A DNA stretch of 64,000 bases from Candidatus Daviesbacteria bacterium GW2011_GWA1_41_61 (GCA_000997385.1 LCBT01000003.1:192892-256891), one strand, 5' to 3'; shown: positions 21,680-31,762, counted from the first letter of the stretch. Notes: a model not told the origin generated them from the letters alone. Numbers and translations are program-made.

Positions 21680-22192
21680 TCACTTTTTGTTAGGTCCAAC
21701 TATCGTTGTTAGATTCCTGCCTTCAAATTTAGTTTCTCTTTCCACCAAAATTTTTTCACCCAGCAAATCCAAAGCCTGATTGACCACATTATAACCTGCC
21801 TCAGGATGACCCATCTCCCTGCCCCTGAACTTAACAGTTAACTTTACCCTGTCTCCTCTGTCAATGAACTCTTCAGCTTTTTTCAATCTCACTTTCAAGT
21901 CATGCTGAGCAATTCTTGGTGACAGCCAGATCTCTTTCAGTTCTACATCCCTGGCATGCTTTCTGGCTGCTTGTTCCTTCTTCTCCTCCTGATACCTGAA
22001 TTTTTCAAAATCAGTAATTTTAGCTACAGGGGGTTGAATGTTAGGCGCTACTTCTACCAGATCCAGGTTCTGCTGCTTAGCCTTCTCCAGAGCTTGTTCG
22101 CGACTGATAATACCAATTTGAGTTCCGTCAGCATCAATAACCCGAAGCTCTAAAGCTTGAATTCTGTCGTTAATGCGAAAATATCTGCCTAT
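21680..22192 (-). CDS. infC: translation initiation factor IF-3, ATA start
   Basis: Frame open to ATA 22192, 8 nt after GGAGGT: RINDRIQALELRVID...LDLVEVA...PPVAKI...FRGRE. The ORF track shows only the C-terminal 72 aa. Confidence 0.95.
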   Translation of the reverse strand: MGRYFRINDRIQALELRVIDADGTQIGIISREQALEKAKQQNLDLVEVAPNIQPPVAKITDFEKFRYQEEKKEQAARKHARDVELKEIWLSPRIAQHDLKVRLKKAEEFIDRGDRVKLTVKFRGREMGHPEAGYNVVNQALDLLGEKILVERETKFEGRNLTTIVGPNKK

Positions 22193-22229
22193 ACTTTTCT
22201 ACCTCCGTAGCTAGCCAATCTTAACATAG

Positions 22230-23984
22230 TTATGATTTAGATTCAATCTCCCCTTTAATTTTATTGATAAACTCCTCTGCTTTAATAGCTCCCAGATCTT
22301 GACCTTCTCTGGTTCTAACTGCCACAGTGCCTGACTGCTCTTCCCTGCCGCCAATGATCAACATATAAGGGATTTTTTGCAGCTGGGCATCTCTGATTTT
22401 AGCCTGCATCGTTTCTGTTCTTTTATCAAGCTCTATCCTGATGTTTGAGTCCTTAAGTTGTTCGAGTATTTTTTGTCCATACCCTAAGTTTTTATCAGAA
22501 ATGGGTATAATTTGTACCTGAACAGGAGCCAGCCACACCGGAAAAGCTCCGCCATATTTTTCTATTAAGAAAGCCATAATTCGTTCAAAAGCCCCAATTG
22601 ACGAGCGGTGAATAACTATAACCTCTTTTTCTCTACCTTCCTGGTCAATATATTTAAGACCAAAACGCTTCGGCATTACGAAATCGTATTGAATAGTAAA
22701 GGCAGTCTCCTCTTTACCATTTGCCCATTTAGCTTGGACATCTATCTTTGGTCCGTAAAAGGCAGCTTCTCCTTTGGCTTCAAGAAATGGTTCTTTATTT
22801 TCTGTTAAAATTTCTCTTAAGACATGCTCTGCTTTGTCCCAGGCAGAATCGTCCTTATAATATTTTTTTTCATCTTCCCTATCCCCCAAAGATAGACGGT
22901 AACGGTAATCAACTCCTTTGGTTAAACCCAGAGCTTTATTAACATCATAAATAATATCCAAGACATCGTTAATTACCTGTTTAGTTTGTTCTGGAGTACA
23001 AAAAATATGAGCATCTGATAAAGTAAACATCCGCACTCTTGTTAGACCAGTTAGCTCACCGCTTTTTTCGTACCTGTATTGGGGAGAAAGTTCGGCAAAC
23101 TTTAAGGGCAGCTCTTTATAACTATGGGGGCGAGATTTATATAGCATAAAATGATGAGGACAAGTCATAGGACGAAGGATCAGTTCCTCTTCATCAATTT
23201 TCATAGGAGGATACATGGTGTCTTTATAGTAAGGATAGTGTCCGGAGACTCGGTATAAATCTACTTTAGCCAGAGGAGGGGTTACTACATGAAGGTATCC
23301 TCTTTTAAGTTCTTCGTCGACAATAAAGCGCTCTAATTCACGACGGATGGTTGTGCCCTTGGGAGTAAGAAGCGGAAGTCCTTTGCCAACAAGGTCGGAG
23401 AAAACAAATAGGTCCAAATCTCTACCTATTTTCCGATGGTCTCTTTTTTTGGCTTCTTCCAACATCTTGAGATATTCATCAAGCTCTTCTTGGGTGGGAA
23501 AAGCTGTTCCATAGATTCTAGTGAGCATCTTGTTTTTCTCATCCCCTCTCCAGTAAGCTCCGGCTACTGAAAGCAATTTAAAAGCTTTGATCTCCTCTTT
23601 AGGATTTTGAGCATGACCGCCGCGGCATAAATCCTCAAATTGACCAGCAGTGTAGATGCTGATTGGTTGGTTTTCCTTTTCTAAATCTTCAATCAGCTCA
23701 ATCTTGTAAGGATTATCTTTAAATAGGTTTTTAGCCTCTTGAGCAGAAACCTCTCTGCCTGCTACCTTATTCCAACCCTTTAAGATTTCCTCCATTTTTT
23801 TTTCAATCTTAGGTAGATCTTCTTCAGAGATAGGTTGAGGCAGGTCAAAATCATAATAAAAGCCATTTTCAATAACTGGACCAATAGTGGGTTTGGCTTG
23901 AGGATACAGATCTACTACAGTAGCTGCCAAAAGATGAGCTGCAGTATGCTTTAGATTTTCCAGATATTTTTGATCTTGCGCCAT
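22230..23984 (-). CDS. thrS: threonyl-tRNA synthetase
   Basis: HTAAHLLA, DLCRGGH, RDHRKIG, RPMTCP, AFYGPKID; no N-terminal TGS domain. Confidence 0.98.
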   Translation of the reverse strand: MAQDQKYLENLKHTAAHLLAATVVDLYPQAKPTIGPVIENGFYYDFDLPQPISEEDLPKIEKKMEEILKGWNKVAGREVSAQEAKNLFKDNPYKIELIEDLEKENQPISIYTAGQFEDLCRGGHAQNPKEEIKAFKLLSVAGAYWRGDEKNKMLTRIYGTAFPTQEELDEYLKMLEEAKKRDHRKIGRDLDLFVFSDLVGKGLPLLTPKGTTIRRELERFIVDEELKRGYLHVVTPPLAKVDLYRVSGHYPYYKDTMYPPMKIDEEELILRPMTCPHHFMLYKSRPHSYKELPLKFAELSPQYRYEKSGELTGLTRVRMFTLSDAHIFCTPEQTKQVINDVLDIIYDVNKALGLTKGVDYRYRLSLGDREDEKKYYKDDSAWDKAEHVLREILTENKEPFLEAKGEAAFYGPKIDVQAKWANGKEETAFTIQYDFVMPKRFGLKYIDQEGREKEVIVIHRSSIGAFERIMAFLIEKYGGAFPVWLAPVQVQIIPISDKNLGYGQKILEQLKDSNIRIELDKRTETMQAKIRDAQLQKIPYMLIIGGREEQSGTVAVRTREGQDLGAIKAEEFINKIKGEIESKS

Positions 23985-24015
23985 GGGTTAAATTTAGGCA
24001 TTTGGGCAGTATTTG

Positions 24016-24243
24016 TCAAATAGCAAATGGGCCAAGGAATTGACTGAAAAAATTACCAATTGCAGAGAAGATTCCTAAGGCATTGAGAATGTATCCAATA
24101 ACGGTAACTACTACACCGGCTCCAACTACTGATCCAAAACCCCAAAATAGTCCTCCTAAGAAATTATTAACAATTATTTCTTTTTTACTAAGTGTCATAT
24201 TGGCTTTTAAGTGTTGCTTTATTTGAGGAGTAACTTGATCCAT
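24016..24243 (-). CDS. small membrane protein (DUF5665-like)
   Basis: NNFLGGLFWGFGSVVG pattern. Confidence 0.7.
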   Translation of the reverse strand: MDQVTPQIKQHLKANMTLSKKEIIVNNFLGGLFWGFGSVVGAGVVVTVIGYILNALGIFSAIGNFFSQFLGPFAI

Positions 24244-24306
24244 CTGTTTATACCATACCCAGTCTTGAGGTGGGAGTCAATAGATGGTATCATTTACATA
24301 TAATTT

Positions 24307-24378
24307 GGGCACTTAGCTCAGTGGTAGAGCGCTTACTTGACGTGTAAGATGTCGGGGGTTCAAGTCCCTCAGTGCCCA
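24307..24378 (+). tRNA. tRNA-Val(GAC)
   Basis: GGGCACT/AGTGCCC, CTTAC-TTGACGT-GTAAG, TTCAAGT. Confidence 0.96.
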
Positions 24379-24383
24379 CTACT

Positions 24384-25250
24384 TTACCCTACTCCTGCTC
24401 CACCGGTGTTAGAAAGTCTTCCCCCCTCAGCAGCCTTGTCTAACCTAATATCAGAACCCTTACCAGCAGCTCTTTTACCAGCAATATAAACTGGTTTTTG
24501 GTTTTTTTGAGCTTTAACATTATCCCAAGCTTTTTTGACAGCAATAAAGGATCTGGTATAAACATTTTTGACCTTTTCATATCCCGACTGGAGTCCTGCA
24601 GCTTTGGCCAGCTGTTCAGTACTGCCTATAATGCCCGATCTGGCCTCTTCCTTAGCTTCAATAATTTGAGACTCTCTGGCTTGGGCTGCCTGAAGTTCCT
24701 GGTTCCAAGATTGAGCTCTTAAATTAAATTGTTCCGGCTTTAATTTTTCTGAACCTTTCTTATTTTCACCAGGCTTTTCTTTGCCTTTACCTTGGCCTTT
24801 TTCCCTGCCGGTAACCATATTAAACAGATCAGCAAAAGCTCCACCGCTTTCTAAAACCATACCTTCGGTAAAGGCTAGAACATTTTCAGTAGCCTTGATG
24901 GTATATTCAGAGGTAGAATTCAGTATCTGGTTTAGGGATTCTTGACTGCTTTGAGGTATCCCTGCCTTGGTTTTCTCTACAGATTCTATCTGGATTTCAC
25001 TTTTGGGAAAGATCATCTCCCCGGTGGCAGAAAATTTGGATTCTACAAAAACAGGAGGGATTTCAGTTTGTGGTTCTTCTTTTTTATCTTCCTCCAGGAC
25101 CCTTTGTAGCCGGACAAAAAAATCATCAGGGTTTCTTTGGATGTAATCTTGGACACTCCCCCTTTCCCCTTCTTCCATCCCCCAAAGCTGGGAGTAGTTA
25201 AGCGGTGTCTTAGGTTTATTGTTTGATTGATTAAAGGTCAGGCTAGCCAT
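24384..25250 (-). CDS. hypothetical protein
   Basis: 288-aa charged ORF with TATACT just upstream. Confidence 0.75.
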   Translation of the reverse strand: MASLTFNQSNNKPKTPLNYSQLWGMEEGERGSVQDYIQRNPDDFFVRLQRVLEEDKKEEPQTEIPPVFVESKFSATGEMIFPKSEIQIESVEKTKAGIPQSSQESLNQILNSTSEYTIKATENVLAFTEGMVLESGGAFADLFNMVTGREKGQGKGKEKPGENKKGSEKLKPEQFNLRAQSWNQELQAAQARESQIIEAKEEARSGIIGSTEQLAKAAGLQSGYEKVKNVYTRSFIAVKKAWDNVKAQKNQKPVYIAGKRAAGKGSDIRLDKAAEGGRLSNTGGAGVG

Positions 25251-25328
25251 ATTTCAGCCTCTAGTATATCACTTTTAGGGTTGTTTTTCAGTTAGAATTG
25301 TGTAAGAAGAAAAGGCCTAGAGGATTTA

Positions 25329-25352
25329 GTGCCGAGGACAGGAGTTGAACCT
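25329..25352 (-). repeat. duplicated tRNA-Leu 3' end (att-like direct repeat)
   Basis: GTGCCGAGGACAGGAGTTGAACCT matches 28622-28645 at 23/24 nt. Confidence 0.85.
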
Positions 25353-25409
25353 TTTACTCTCGACAAGCTAAATTATACAACTTTCTTCTATGCTCTTGAA
25401 GAAACAGAA

Positions 25410-25616
25410 CTATTGGCTTTCCAGCTTAAACAACTTAATGATTATCTTAAGATGAAACAGCTTTGGATTATCTAAGATATCCTTTGCCCTTAAATATGCA
25501 GCATAATTTAGCGCAGAATTTTCCTTTAATGGCTGTAAATTTACTTTTTTGCGGTCTATATTAGTTCGATCAATAATATCTATTACAAAATCCCTGTTTA
25601 CTTCATTGGGGGACAT
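25410..25616 (-). pseudogene. CAP/SCP-domain N-terminal fragment
   Basis: TNIDRKKVNLQPLKENSALNYAAYLRAKDI, then diverges and stops. Confidence 0.55.
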
Positions 25617-25779
25617 TAAATACTAGAGGAGTAGCTATTGCTTTTAGGACTAAAACTGGGTTTGTTTTGTAAATTAAACCAATGGATACAATGTCCTGGC
25701 GCAGAACCGATATACAGTATTTACAAATTGAAGTTAAATCGAGAGTTCTAATTTGCTATAGTCAGCTAATAGAGATATA

Positions 25780-27192
25780 ATGTCAAAAATTATGGGTCTA
25801 TGTGATCTAGAGATGGATCGAAGGAAATTTTTATATACCTTAGGCGTATTAGGCCTAAGCACTGTAATTGGATCTTGCACATCACAGCCTGATAAACTTC
25901 CAGAAGGTACCGCTCCTACACTTCAGCCAAGATTAACCCCTACACCTGGTACAGCATTAATCTCTACACCTGAAACAATACCAATCGTTGAACGAGAGAA
26001 AGGTCCGGCTGGTAAACTTCTAGTATTCACCAATCCGGAGACACACTACGGGCATGAATACTTAGAACAGAATTTGGAAAAGGTTGAAGAAGCCGCAGTA
26101 GTACTGACTAATTCGGATGGTAGTGAACCAAGACGTATTACTAACTCAAACCTAATTTCTCTACCAGCCTGGTCTCCATCAGGTGACAAGTTTGCCCTTC
26201 AGCGGTATGTCAGAGGACCTCAATTCGACTCGAGTGATTTATGGATTCTTGATAAGTTAGGTAATCGTTTGCAACGAACAGGTTTAGTTCCAAGTCCGGC
26301 AAAGTTGTCTTGGTCACCAGATGGAAAGCTTATTATCTTTAGTTCCCGTTTCTATAATTCCCGTTTACAACGGGTTTTCGGTTGGCCACCAGAGCAAAGA
26401 ACATCTTGGGTGGATGGTATTTACTTATACGATCTCCAAAAAGATTTAACAACCCGGATTATTCCGAGCGACGCCGGATTCGACCATGACCCAGCCATCT
26501 CCCCAGACGGATCGAAGATTGTTTTTATCAACCATAAATACGGCGGGCAATTCAGTATTCTCTTGGCTCCGCTCCAACCGCTTACTCTAGACGAGAAATA
26601 TCCGCTTTCTTCTAAGGGCAAGACTCACGAACTAGCTAACGGGCTTGATTCCCTTCTTAATGCAAGCATTAGATTTCAGTGGACCCCTGATGGTAAAAAA
26701 ATTGTTTATATGTTGGAACAAGGTTCTCTAAAGGGTTCTAAAAACAAAGTTTATGTTGCCAATGTAACGAAATTGCCATCTCCTAAACCGCTAGAAATAA
26801 CAATAGATTGTCCTTCATATGTTAAAAACGACCCTTTCCCTGCCTCGGGTAAGCCTGGATCAACTCCAATTACAGAAAACTTTCATATTCTTGACAGTAT
26901 GGATCTATCAACAGATGGTAAAAAAATCGTGGTTAGTTGCCCTGGTTCATTGTTTTTTACTGATATTGACGGTAAAGAGAGAAAAACAATAAAATTGCCA
27001 AAGGCTTTATCAGGACCCCTGGACAATATCAGATGGTTGTCGGGAAATAACAGACTTGCCTTTGTTCATGAAGATCAATATTATTATATTAATGCGGACG
27101 GTTCAGGATTAATGCAAGTAGCATTTGATTTCATGAAACGCACCACCGAGAAACCGATTCCTTTGGGAGTTCTGATTTCTACTGGAAGATAA
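25780..27192 (+). CDS. TolB-like (PD40) beta-propeller lipoprotein
   Basis: DRRKFL plus VIGSC lipobox; repeated PAWSPSG, WSPDG, PAISPDG, WTPDG; true start may be 25813. Confidence 0.85.
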   Translation: MSKIMGLCDLEMDRRKFLYTLGVLGLSTVIGSCTSQPDKLPEGTAPTLQPRLTPTPGTALISTPETIPIVEREKGPAGKLLVFTNPETHYGHEYLEQNLEKVEEAAVVLTNSDGSEPRRITNSNLISLPAWSPSGDKFALQRYVRGPQFDSSDLWILDKLGNRLQRTGLVPSPAKLSWSPDGKLIIFSSRFYNSRLQRVFGWPPEQRTSWVDGIYLYDLQKDLTTRIIPSDAGFDHDPAISPDGSKIVFINHKYGGQFSILLAPLQPLTLDEKYPLSSKGKTHELANGLDSLLNASIRFQWTPDGKKIVYMLEQGSLKGSKNKVYVANVTKLPSPKPLEITIDCPSYVKNDPFPASGKPGSTPITENFHILDSMDLSTDGKKIVVSCPGSLFFTDIDGKERKTIKLPKALSGPLDNIRWLSGNNRLAFVHEDQYYYINADGSGLMQVAFDFMKRTTEKPIPLGVLISTGR

Positions 27193-27324
27193 CATAGATC
27201 ATTAAGGCAAGTAGCTCTACATAATTATAATTTTTTCAGCGACAAAGAGGATCCACTAGCGAACGATATTCGGATTTATGCAAATATTACTATAACCAAC
27301 AGTACAAACCCTTGTGGGATAAAA

Positions 27325-28065
27325 CTATTTGTCTCGTGCTGGCCAAAGAAAGTAATACTCTTCTACCTTTTTACCAACTAAGTTTGCTTCACCAACCTTT
27401 ACCATATTTGCATTGAATTGACTGGTACAACGGAAGATTGGGCTACCATCAGTTCCATAGTGAACTTCTTCAATTTTAATACCTGAAAATTTTTTATTTC
27501 CATCCACTAAACCCTCGATAACATTCGCTTCAGCAAAAATCTTTTCTGCTCCTGGCTTTAAAGTCCTAGCTTCTTGAGGAAAATCCCCGTAACCACCAAT
27601 AAGAAAGACGTTCATAAAACCCAATGTTCTATATTCTTGAGCTAAAGGCCAAAGAAGATGCGGGTTCTGATATTCCCTATAAAAAGTTAGGACTTCACCA
27701 TAGGCAGATCCAAAAACTTCAGGCGGAGTGTTATAAAAAGGTTTCTTGTTGGGGTCTTTTAAATAAATAGACCTCCCCGCCTCAAGATTACTTTTACCAA
27801 CATAGTTTTTACTCTCCAATTGCTTGTAGATTTGACCAAAAGCTTGCTCTCTAAAACCACGCTCACTCCAAAGTGGTTTTATTTTTAAAGGATCACCTCC
27901 TTCGGGTTTTTTATCTACAGTTGGAATTATTGGAGAACTTAGCTTTGTTGCTTTTACACTTCCCTCGGATTTATCTGCAGCACTACATGTGGGAGCAACT
28001 AAAATAGCAATTCCTCCAATAGCCAACTGGAGTAAATTCCTTCTAGTTATAAGTCTTTCAGACAT
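27325..28065 (-). CDS. hypothetical exported protein with twin-arginine-like leader
   Basis: TRRNLL, hydrophobic stretch, then Cys. Confidence 0.75.
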   Translation of the reverse strand: MSERLITRRNLLQLAIGGIAILVAPTCSAADKSEGSVKATKLSSPIIPTVDKKPEGGDPLKIKPLWSERGFREQAFGQIYKQLESKNYVGKSNLEAGRSIYLKDPNKKPFYNTPPEVFGSAYGEVLTFYREYQNPHLLWPLAQEYRTLGFMNVFLIGGYGDFPQEARTLKPGAEKIFAEANVIEGLVDGNKKFSGIKIEEVHYGTDGSPIFRCTSQFNANMVKVGEANLVGKKVEEYYFLWPARDK

Positions 28066-28396
28066 AATAAGTTAGCAGTGTCCCTATATTAGCATAATAG
28101 TAAGCAAGACGCGTTAATAGAGATTTACCAACCAGAGGTTGATATGCCTATTGGTAAATAGAGTTTGGGTCGGAGACGGCAGTCGCTACCGCATATCGGC
28201 TACGGGATCAAAAGTCGCTCGCTTTTACCGTCGCCTACAGCGACCGTAAAACAATTCTTATAAATAAGGATTGTTCGTTCGCCAAAAGACTGTCTCGCAG
28301 AACTCGACAGACTTTTGTTTTGACCCCTCCGCTTAACAACCCATTCTTAGTCAAACCCCTTAATCAATTACCAGATGAATAAAGGGGGTGAAATAT

Positions 28397-28540
28397 ATGC
28401 AACTGCTTACAAAAGAAATAACAACAAAATTACCATTTTTGTATACACAAGAAGACGAAGCAGATCTTACTAGATCAAAAATTACAGTTTCAGCTTCATT
28501 TCCTGTTTTTGCGATACAAAAAGGGTATAAAAACCACTAA
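28397..28540 (+). pseudogene. truncated DUF2958-like gene
   Basis: GGGGGTGA SD, then MQLLTKEITTKLPFLYTQE, recalled as resembling DUF2958 N-termini; stops after 47 aa. Confidence 0.45.
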
Positions 28541-28619
28541 TGATGAAATGAGTTCGCTCGAACCTGAAAGTAGCTTGATAGAACAAGCTAATCTAAAAAA
28601 TAATCTAAAAAGTTCTCTA

Positions 28620-28704
28620 TGGTGCCGGGGACAGGAGTTGAACCTGCAAGCCTTGCGGCAATAGGTCCTAAACCTATCGCGTCTGCCAGTTTCGCCACCC
28701 CGGC
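28620..28704 (-). tRNA. tRNA-Leu(TAG)
   Basis: GCCGGGG/CCCCGGC, ATAGG-TTTAGGA-CCTAT, long variable arm, encoded CCA. Confidence 0.96.
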
Positions 28705-28733
28705 GTAAGTGTATTTTATCAGATATCAGAGGA

Positions 28734-29456
28734 TTAACCAAACCTGGAAATGGCTGTCTGGTAAGCTTTAATTTCCAGATCATCATCTAGAGGGCTTAGT
28801 TTAATCTTCTTACCATATTTGATATCTAAAACTTTTTGGATAAACCAGTCAGTAAATTGAGGATTCTTTGGCAGTAATGAACCATGCATGTAGCAGCCAA
28901 CAGCATTTTTGTAGATACAGCCTTCTGTATGGTCTTCCCCATTATTACCAAAACCCTTAATAACCTTACCAAGAGGTTGCCCACCCTCTTTTAAGTAAGT
29001 TTTACCCGAATGGTTCTCAAAACCCACGATTAGTTGATCAGTTAACTTGACTATAATGTTGCCTATCATCCGATCATAACTGGCTACAGTATAAACAGGA
29101 AAAAGGTTAACCCCTGGTAACTTTGGTCCATCATGGGGTTTGTAATATTCTCCTAAAAGCTGATAACCTCCACAAATAGATAACAGCGGTACTCCCCTCT
29201 CTATTTCCTCTTTGATTATTTTCCCCTTTCCGCTTTCCTCTAAATCTTTAGCTACTAACGCTTGGGCTTGATCTTGTCCTCCACCAAAAAAGAATAGATC
29301 AACCTCTCCAGCTTTAAGTTTATCCTTTAAGGAGATATTTTTAACTTCAACTCCAATCCCCCTCCACTGAGCCCTTTTTTGTAAGGCAATAATATTGCCC
29401 CTATCTCCATAGATATTCATACAGTCTCCATAGAGATAGCCAATAGTCAGTTTCAT
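28734..29456 (-). CDS. gatD: lipid II isoglutaminyl synthase glutaminase subunit (CobQ-like)
   Basis: MNIYGDRGN, GGGQD, ICGGYQLLG, GFENHSG, YMHGSLLPKNP; near murT. Confidence 0.9.
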   Translation of the reverse strand: MKLTIGYLYGDCMNIYGDRGNIIALQKRAQWRGIGVEVKNISLKDKLKAGEVDLFFFGGGQDQAQALVAKDLEESGKGKIIKEEIERGVPLLSICGGYQLLGEYYKPHDGPKLPGVNLFPVYTVASYDRMIGNIIVKLTDQLIVGFENHSGKTYLKEGGQPLGKVIKGFGNNGEDHTEGCIYKNAVGCYMHGSLLPKNPQFTDWFIQKVLDIKYGKKIKLSPLDDDLEIKAYQTAISRFG

Positions 29457-29475
29457 AGGGAAATTGTAGCACTTT

Positions 29476-29946
29476 TCACTTCCAAGCATGGATATACGTG
29501 GCAACAATAGCCGGTAAAGTAGAAAGTGGGTGCATTGAGAGGTGGAAGAGTAAGCTGTTCCCTCCTTCGCCCCGGGGGTCTTCTTTAACCAACCATTCAA
29601 CCTCCTTTTTAGACAATAATCCGGGTATTCCTTCATATAACTTGCTCCAAAAAGTTATACCGTCTTCTAATGGTCGGGTAGCGCAATTACGATTTTGACC
29701 AACTTTATCAAGCCACATATTATCTTTCCACCATTCTTCTGGCATTTTTACCTGAGCAATATGTTCAACATAAAGCCTGGTACAAGTTTCCTGTTCCTCT
29801 TTTTCCATAAGAAAAGATGCTTTGATAAATTTTTCATATAAAGATTGGGTTTGAGGATCTTCAAAGATGGGTGGTTGGCTAACATTATTTATTAGTTTTT
29901 GAAGATATTCTTGTTCAATTTTTCCTAATTCTGATTCCAATTTCAT
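29476..29946 (-). CDS. hypothetical protein
   Basis: 156-aa ORF overlapping the upstream ORF stop. Confidence 0.6.
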   Translation of the reverse strand: MKLESELGKIEQEYLQKLINNVSQPPIFEDPQTQSLYEKFIKASFLMEKEEQETCTRLYVEHIAQVKMPEEWWKDNMWLDKVGQNRNCATRPLEDGITFWSKLYEGIPGLLSKKEVEWLVKEDPRGEGGNSLLFHLSMHPLSTLPAIVATYIHAWK

Positions 29947-30203
29947 AAATCATCTGGAGTTTTATCTGGTTCTAGTTGGCATTCTTCAGGGGTCAGAAAG
30001 TAAAGCTTAATAGCGTGCCATCCCCGCACTGTTCCATACCGAGTTGACCAGGCAGGGACTTCGGTCACTTGACGGGAAGCATAGATCATTTTAAACGGAA
30101 CTCCTCTCCTTTCCAAGGCTCTTCTTAATGCCCGAGACTCAGGAGAATTATCCAGGGTTAAAGTTATTTTCGGTTCTCTCCTAGACTCACCTTCTGCAGT
30201 CAT
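29943..30203 (-). CDS. hypothetical protein, glutaredoxin-like without CxxC
   Basis: SPES...LERRGVPF...VP...GW pattern. Confidence 0.55.
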   Translation of the reverse strand: MTAEGESRREPKITLTLDNSPESRALRRALERRGVPFKMIYASRQVTEVPAWSTRYGTVRGWHAIKLYFLTPEECQLEPDKTPDDL

Positions 30204-30427
30204 GGATCTTAGATTAATTTAAATAGCAGTCTTTTGCAAGCAGCATATGGCAGCTCTGGTAAAACTACACAAAAGAGTGGTTTTAGCTTTTAACCGTTTT
30301 GACAGATTACAGAGAGAATTTAATCAAAACTTCTAGTGGATCTGGCTCCCGAAGAAGAATCCTGCTTGTGTCAGTAGTGGCTATATCATAGAAAGCTCTA
30401 AAAAATTGGTTATACTCTGCTCAAGGT

Positions 30428-31762
30428 TTAATCTTCTTTCCAGTAGTGTTTCTTTAGACCTTGTTGAACTAAGATCTTTTGTATCCCCAGCATGGCTGTA
30501 TAAGTAGGTAAGATAAACAACCGTCCTTTTAAGCCTTCTGTAGCCTGTTGTAGAGCCTTTTTAAGGTTGTTTTCCACCAGGATGGCTTCAGGCTTAAACC
30601 CGGCGTATTTAAGCCTCAAAGCTAGATCAGAAGCCCTGGTACCTGAGGCAAAAATTAGGAAGTCCCTCGACCCTGCTCGGGGTGAATTTTGAAGTAATTC
30701 AAAATCCGCATCCCAGATCCAGGAAACATCTGTCCCATCAGCTAAGTTATCATTTAAAGCTATCAGTAACCTATCCTCTGGTTTGAGCTCTCCTTTTAAA
30801 GTTTCAAAAACCTGAGTAGCTCCGGTAGGATTTTTGATTAATAAAATATATCCTCCCTCGTTTTTGTGCCTCCACCCCGGTGGTGGCAGGGTAAACTTCT
30901 CTACCCTGCCAAAAGCCGGGGAGAAGCTTTTTAAAGCTTGGATAATAACTTTTTTCTCTATTCCCAGTTTGGAAGCTGCCACATAGGCTGCCAGGAAATC
31001 ATAGATATGATAGATCCCCGGTAAAGGAAGCAGAAAATCCCACAAACCATCACTTTCTTTGAGCTCAAATTTAACTCCGTCCAGGCCGAGTAATGTGACA
31101 TTTAAAGCTTCTAAATCAAGCTTTTCCTGTCCTACTTTTTTAAAATGCTCTTCCCCTCTGATTTTGTAATTTTCCACCCCAAAGGTAAAAACTGGTCCTT
31201 TAAAACATTTTTTTAAAGATAAGAGTTTGTGATCATCCCCGTTTAAAAAAAGGGTGGTATTGGGTGGCATATTTTTTAGGGTTTGGCACCATTTTTTAAC
31301 AATACTGTCAACCTCACCGTATCTATCCAGCTGATCCCTAAAGATATTAAGGCAGATGATAATTTGAGGTTTTAATTTAGGCACTATCTGATTAAAAGCA
31401 GCTTCATCAAGTTCCCAGATAGCCAAATCAAAGTTTTTTAGTCCGCCGGTTGGCAGATGGGAGCAGGAAATTAGAGCTGAAGCAATACCTCTTTCCAAAT
31501 TTGATCCTGTAGAATTTCTGATCACTTTTAATCCAGAGCTGGTGGCAAAATGAGCTAACATTCTGGCAGTAGTAGTTTTGCCGTTGGTGCCAGTAATAAC
31601 AATGGTTTGAGGAATTTGGGAAGCAAGGTCAGAAACCAAATCAGGATAAATTTTTAAAGCATACAGTCCTGGAGCTGCTGAACCTCCGCCGATCTTTAAT
31701 ATAGTGGTTATCTTGAAAATCAGTTTCCCCACAGTTAAAGCCAGGATTTTCCTTGCCTGCAT
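30428..31762 (-). CDS. murT: lipid II isoglutaminyl synthase Mur-ligase subunit
   Basis: ITGTNGKTTT, GSNLERG, FRDQLDRYGE, KNPTG, DGTDVSWIWD, LPTYTAM. Confidence 0.92.
   Translation of the reverse strand: MQARKILALTVGKLIFKITTILKIGGGSAAPGLYALKIYPDLVSDLASQIPQTIVITGTNGKTTTARMLAHFATSSGLKVIRNSTGSNLERGIASALISCSHLPTGGLKNFDLAIWELDEAAFNQIVPKLKPQIIICLNIFRDQLDRYGEVDSIVKKWCQTLKNMPPNTTLFLNGDDHKLLSLKKCFKGPVFTFGVENYKIRGEEHFKKVGQEKLDLEALNVTLLGLDGVKFELKESDGLWDFLLPLPGIYHIYDFLAAYVAASKLGIEKKVIIQALKSFSPAFGRVEKFTLPPPGWRHKNEGGYILLIKNPTGATQVFETLKGELKPEDRLLIALNDNLADGTDVSWIWDADFELLQNSPRAGSRDFLIFASGTRASDLALRLKYAGFKPEAILVENNLKKALQQATEGLKGRLFILPTYTAMLGIQKILVQQGLKKHYWKED

Larger units (their letters stand above)
25329..28645. 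mobile_element. decayed 3.3-kb islet integrated at tRNA-Leu(TAG)
   Basis: Bounded by the tRNA 3'-end direct repeat; contains gene fragments and no intact integrase. Confidence 0.75.

Noticed and set aside
21956-22153. 65-aa plus-strand ORF
   Set aside because: Antisense to the infC N-terminal half
28496-28786. 96-aa ORF, and likewise 32598-32783 and the N-terminal extension of 11605-12900
   Set aside because: These are translations of tRNA genes
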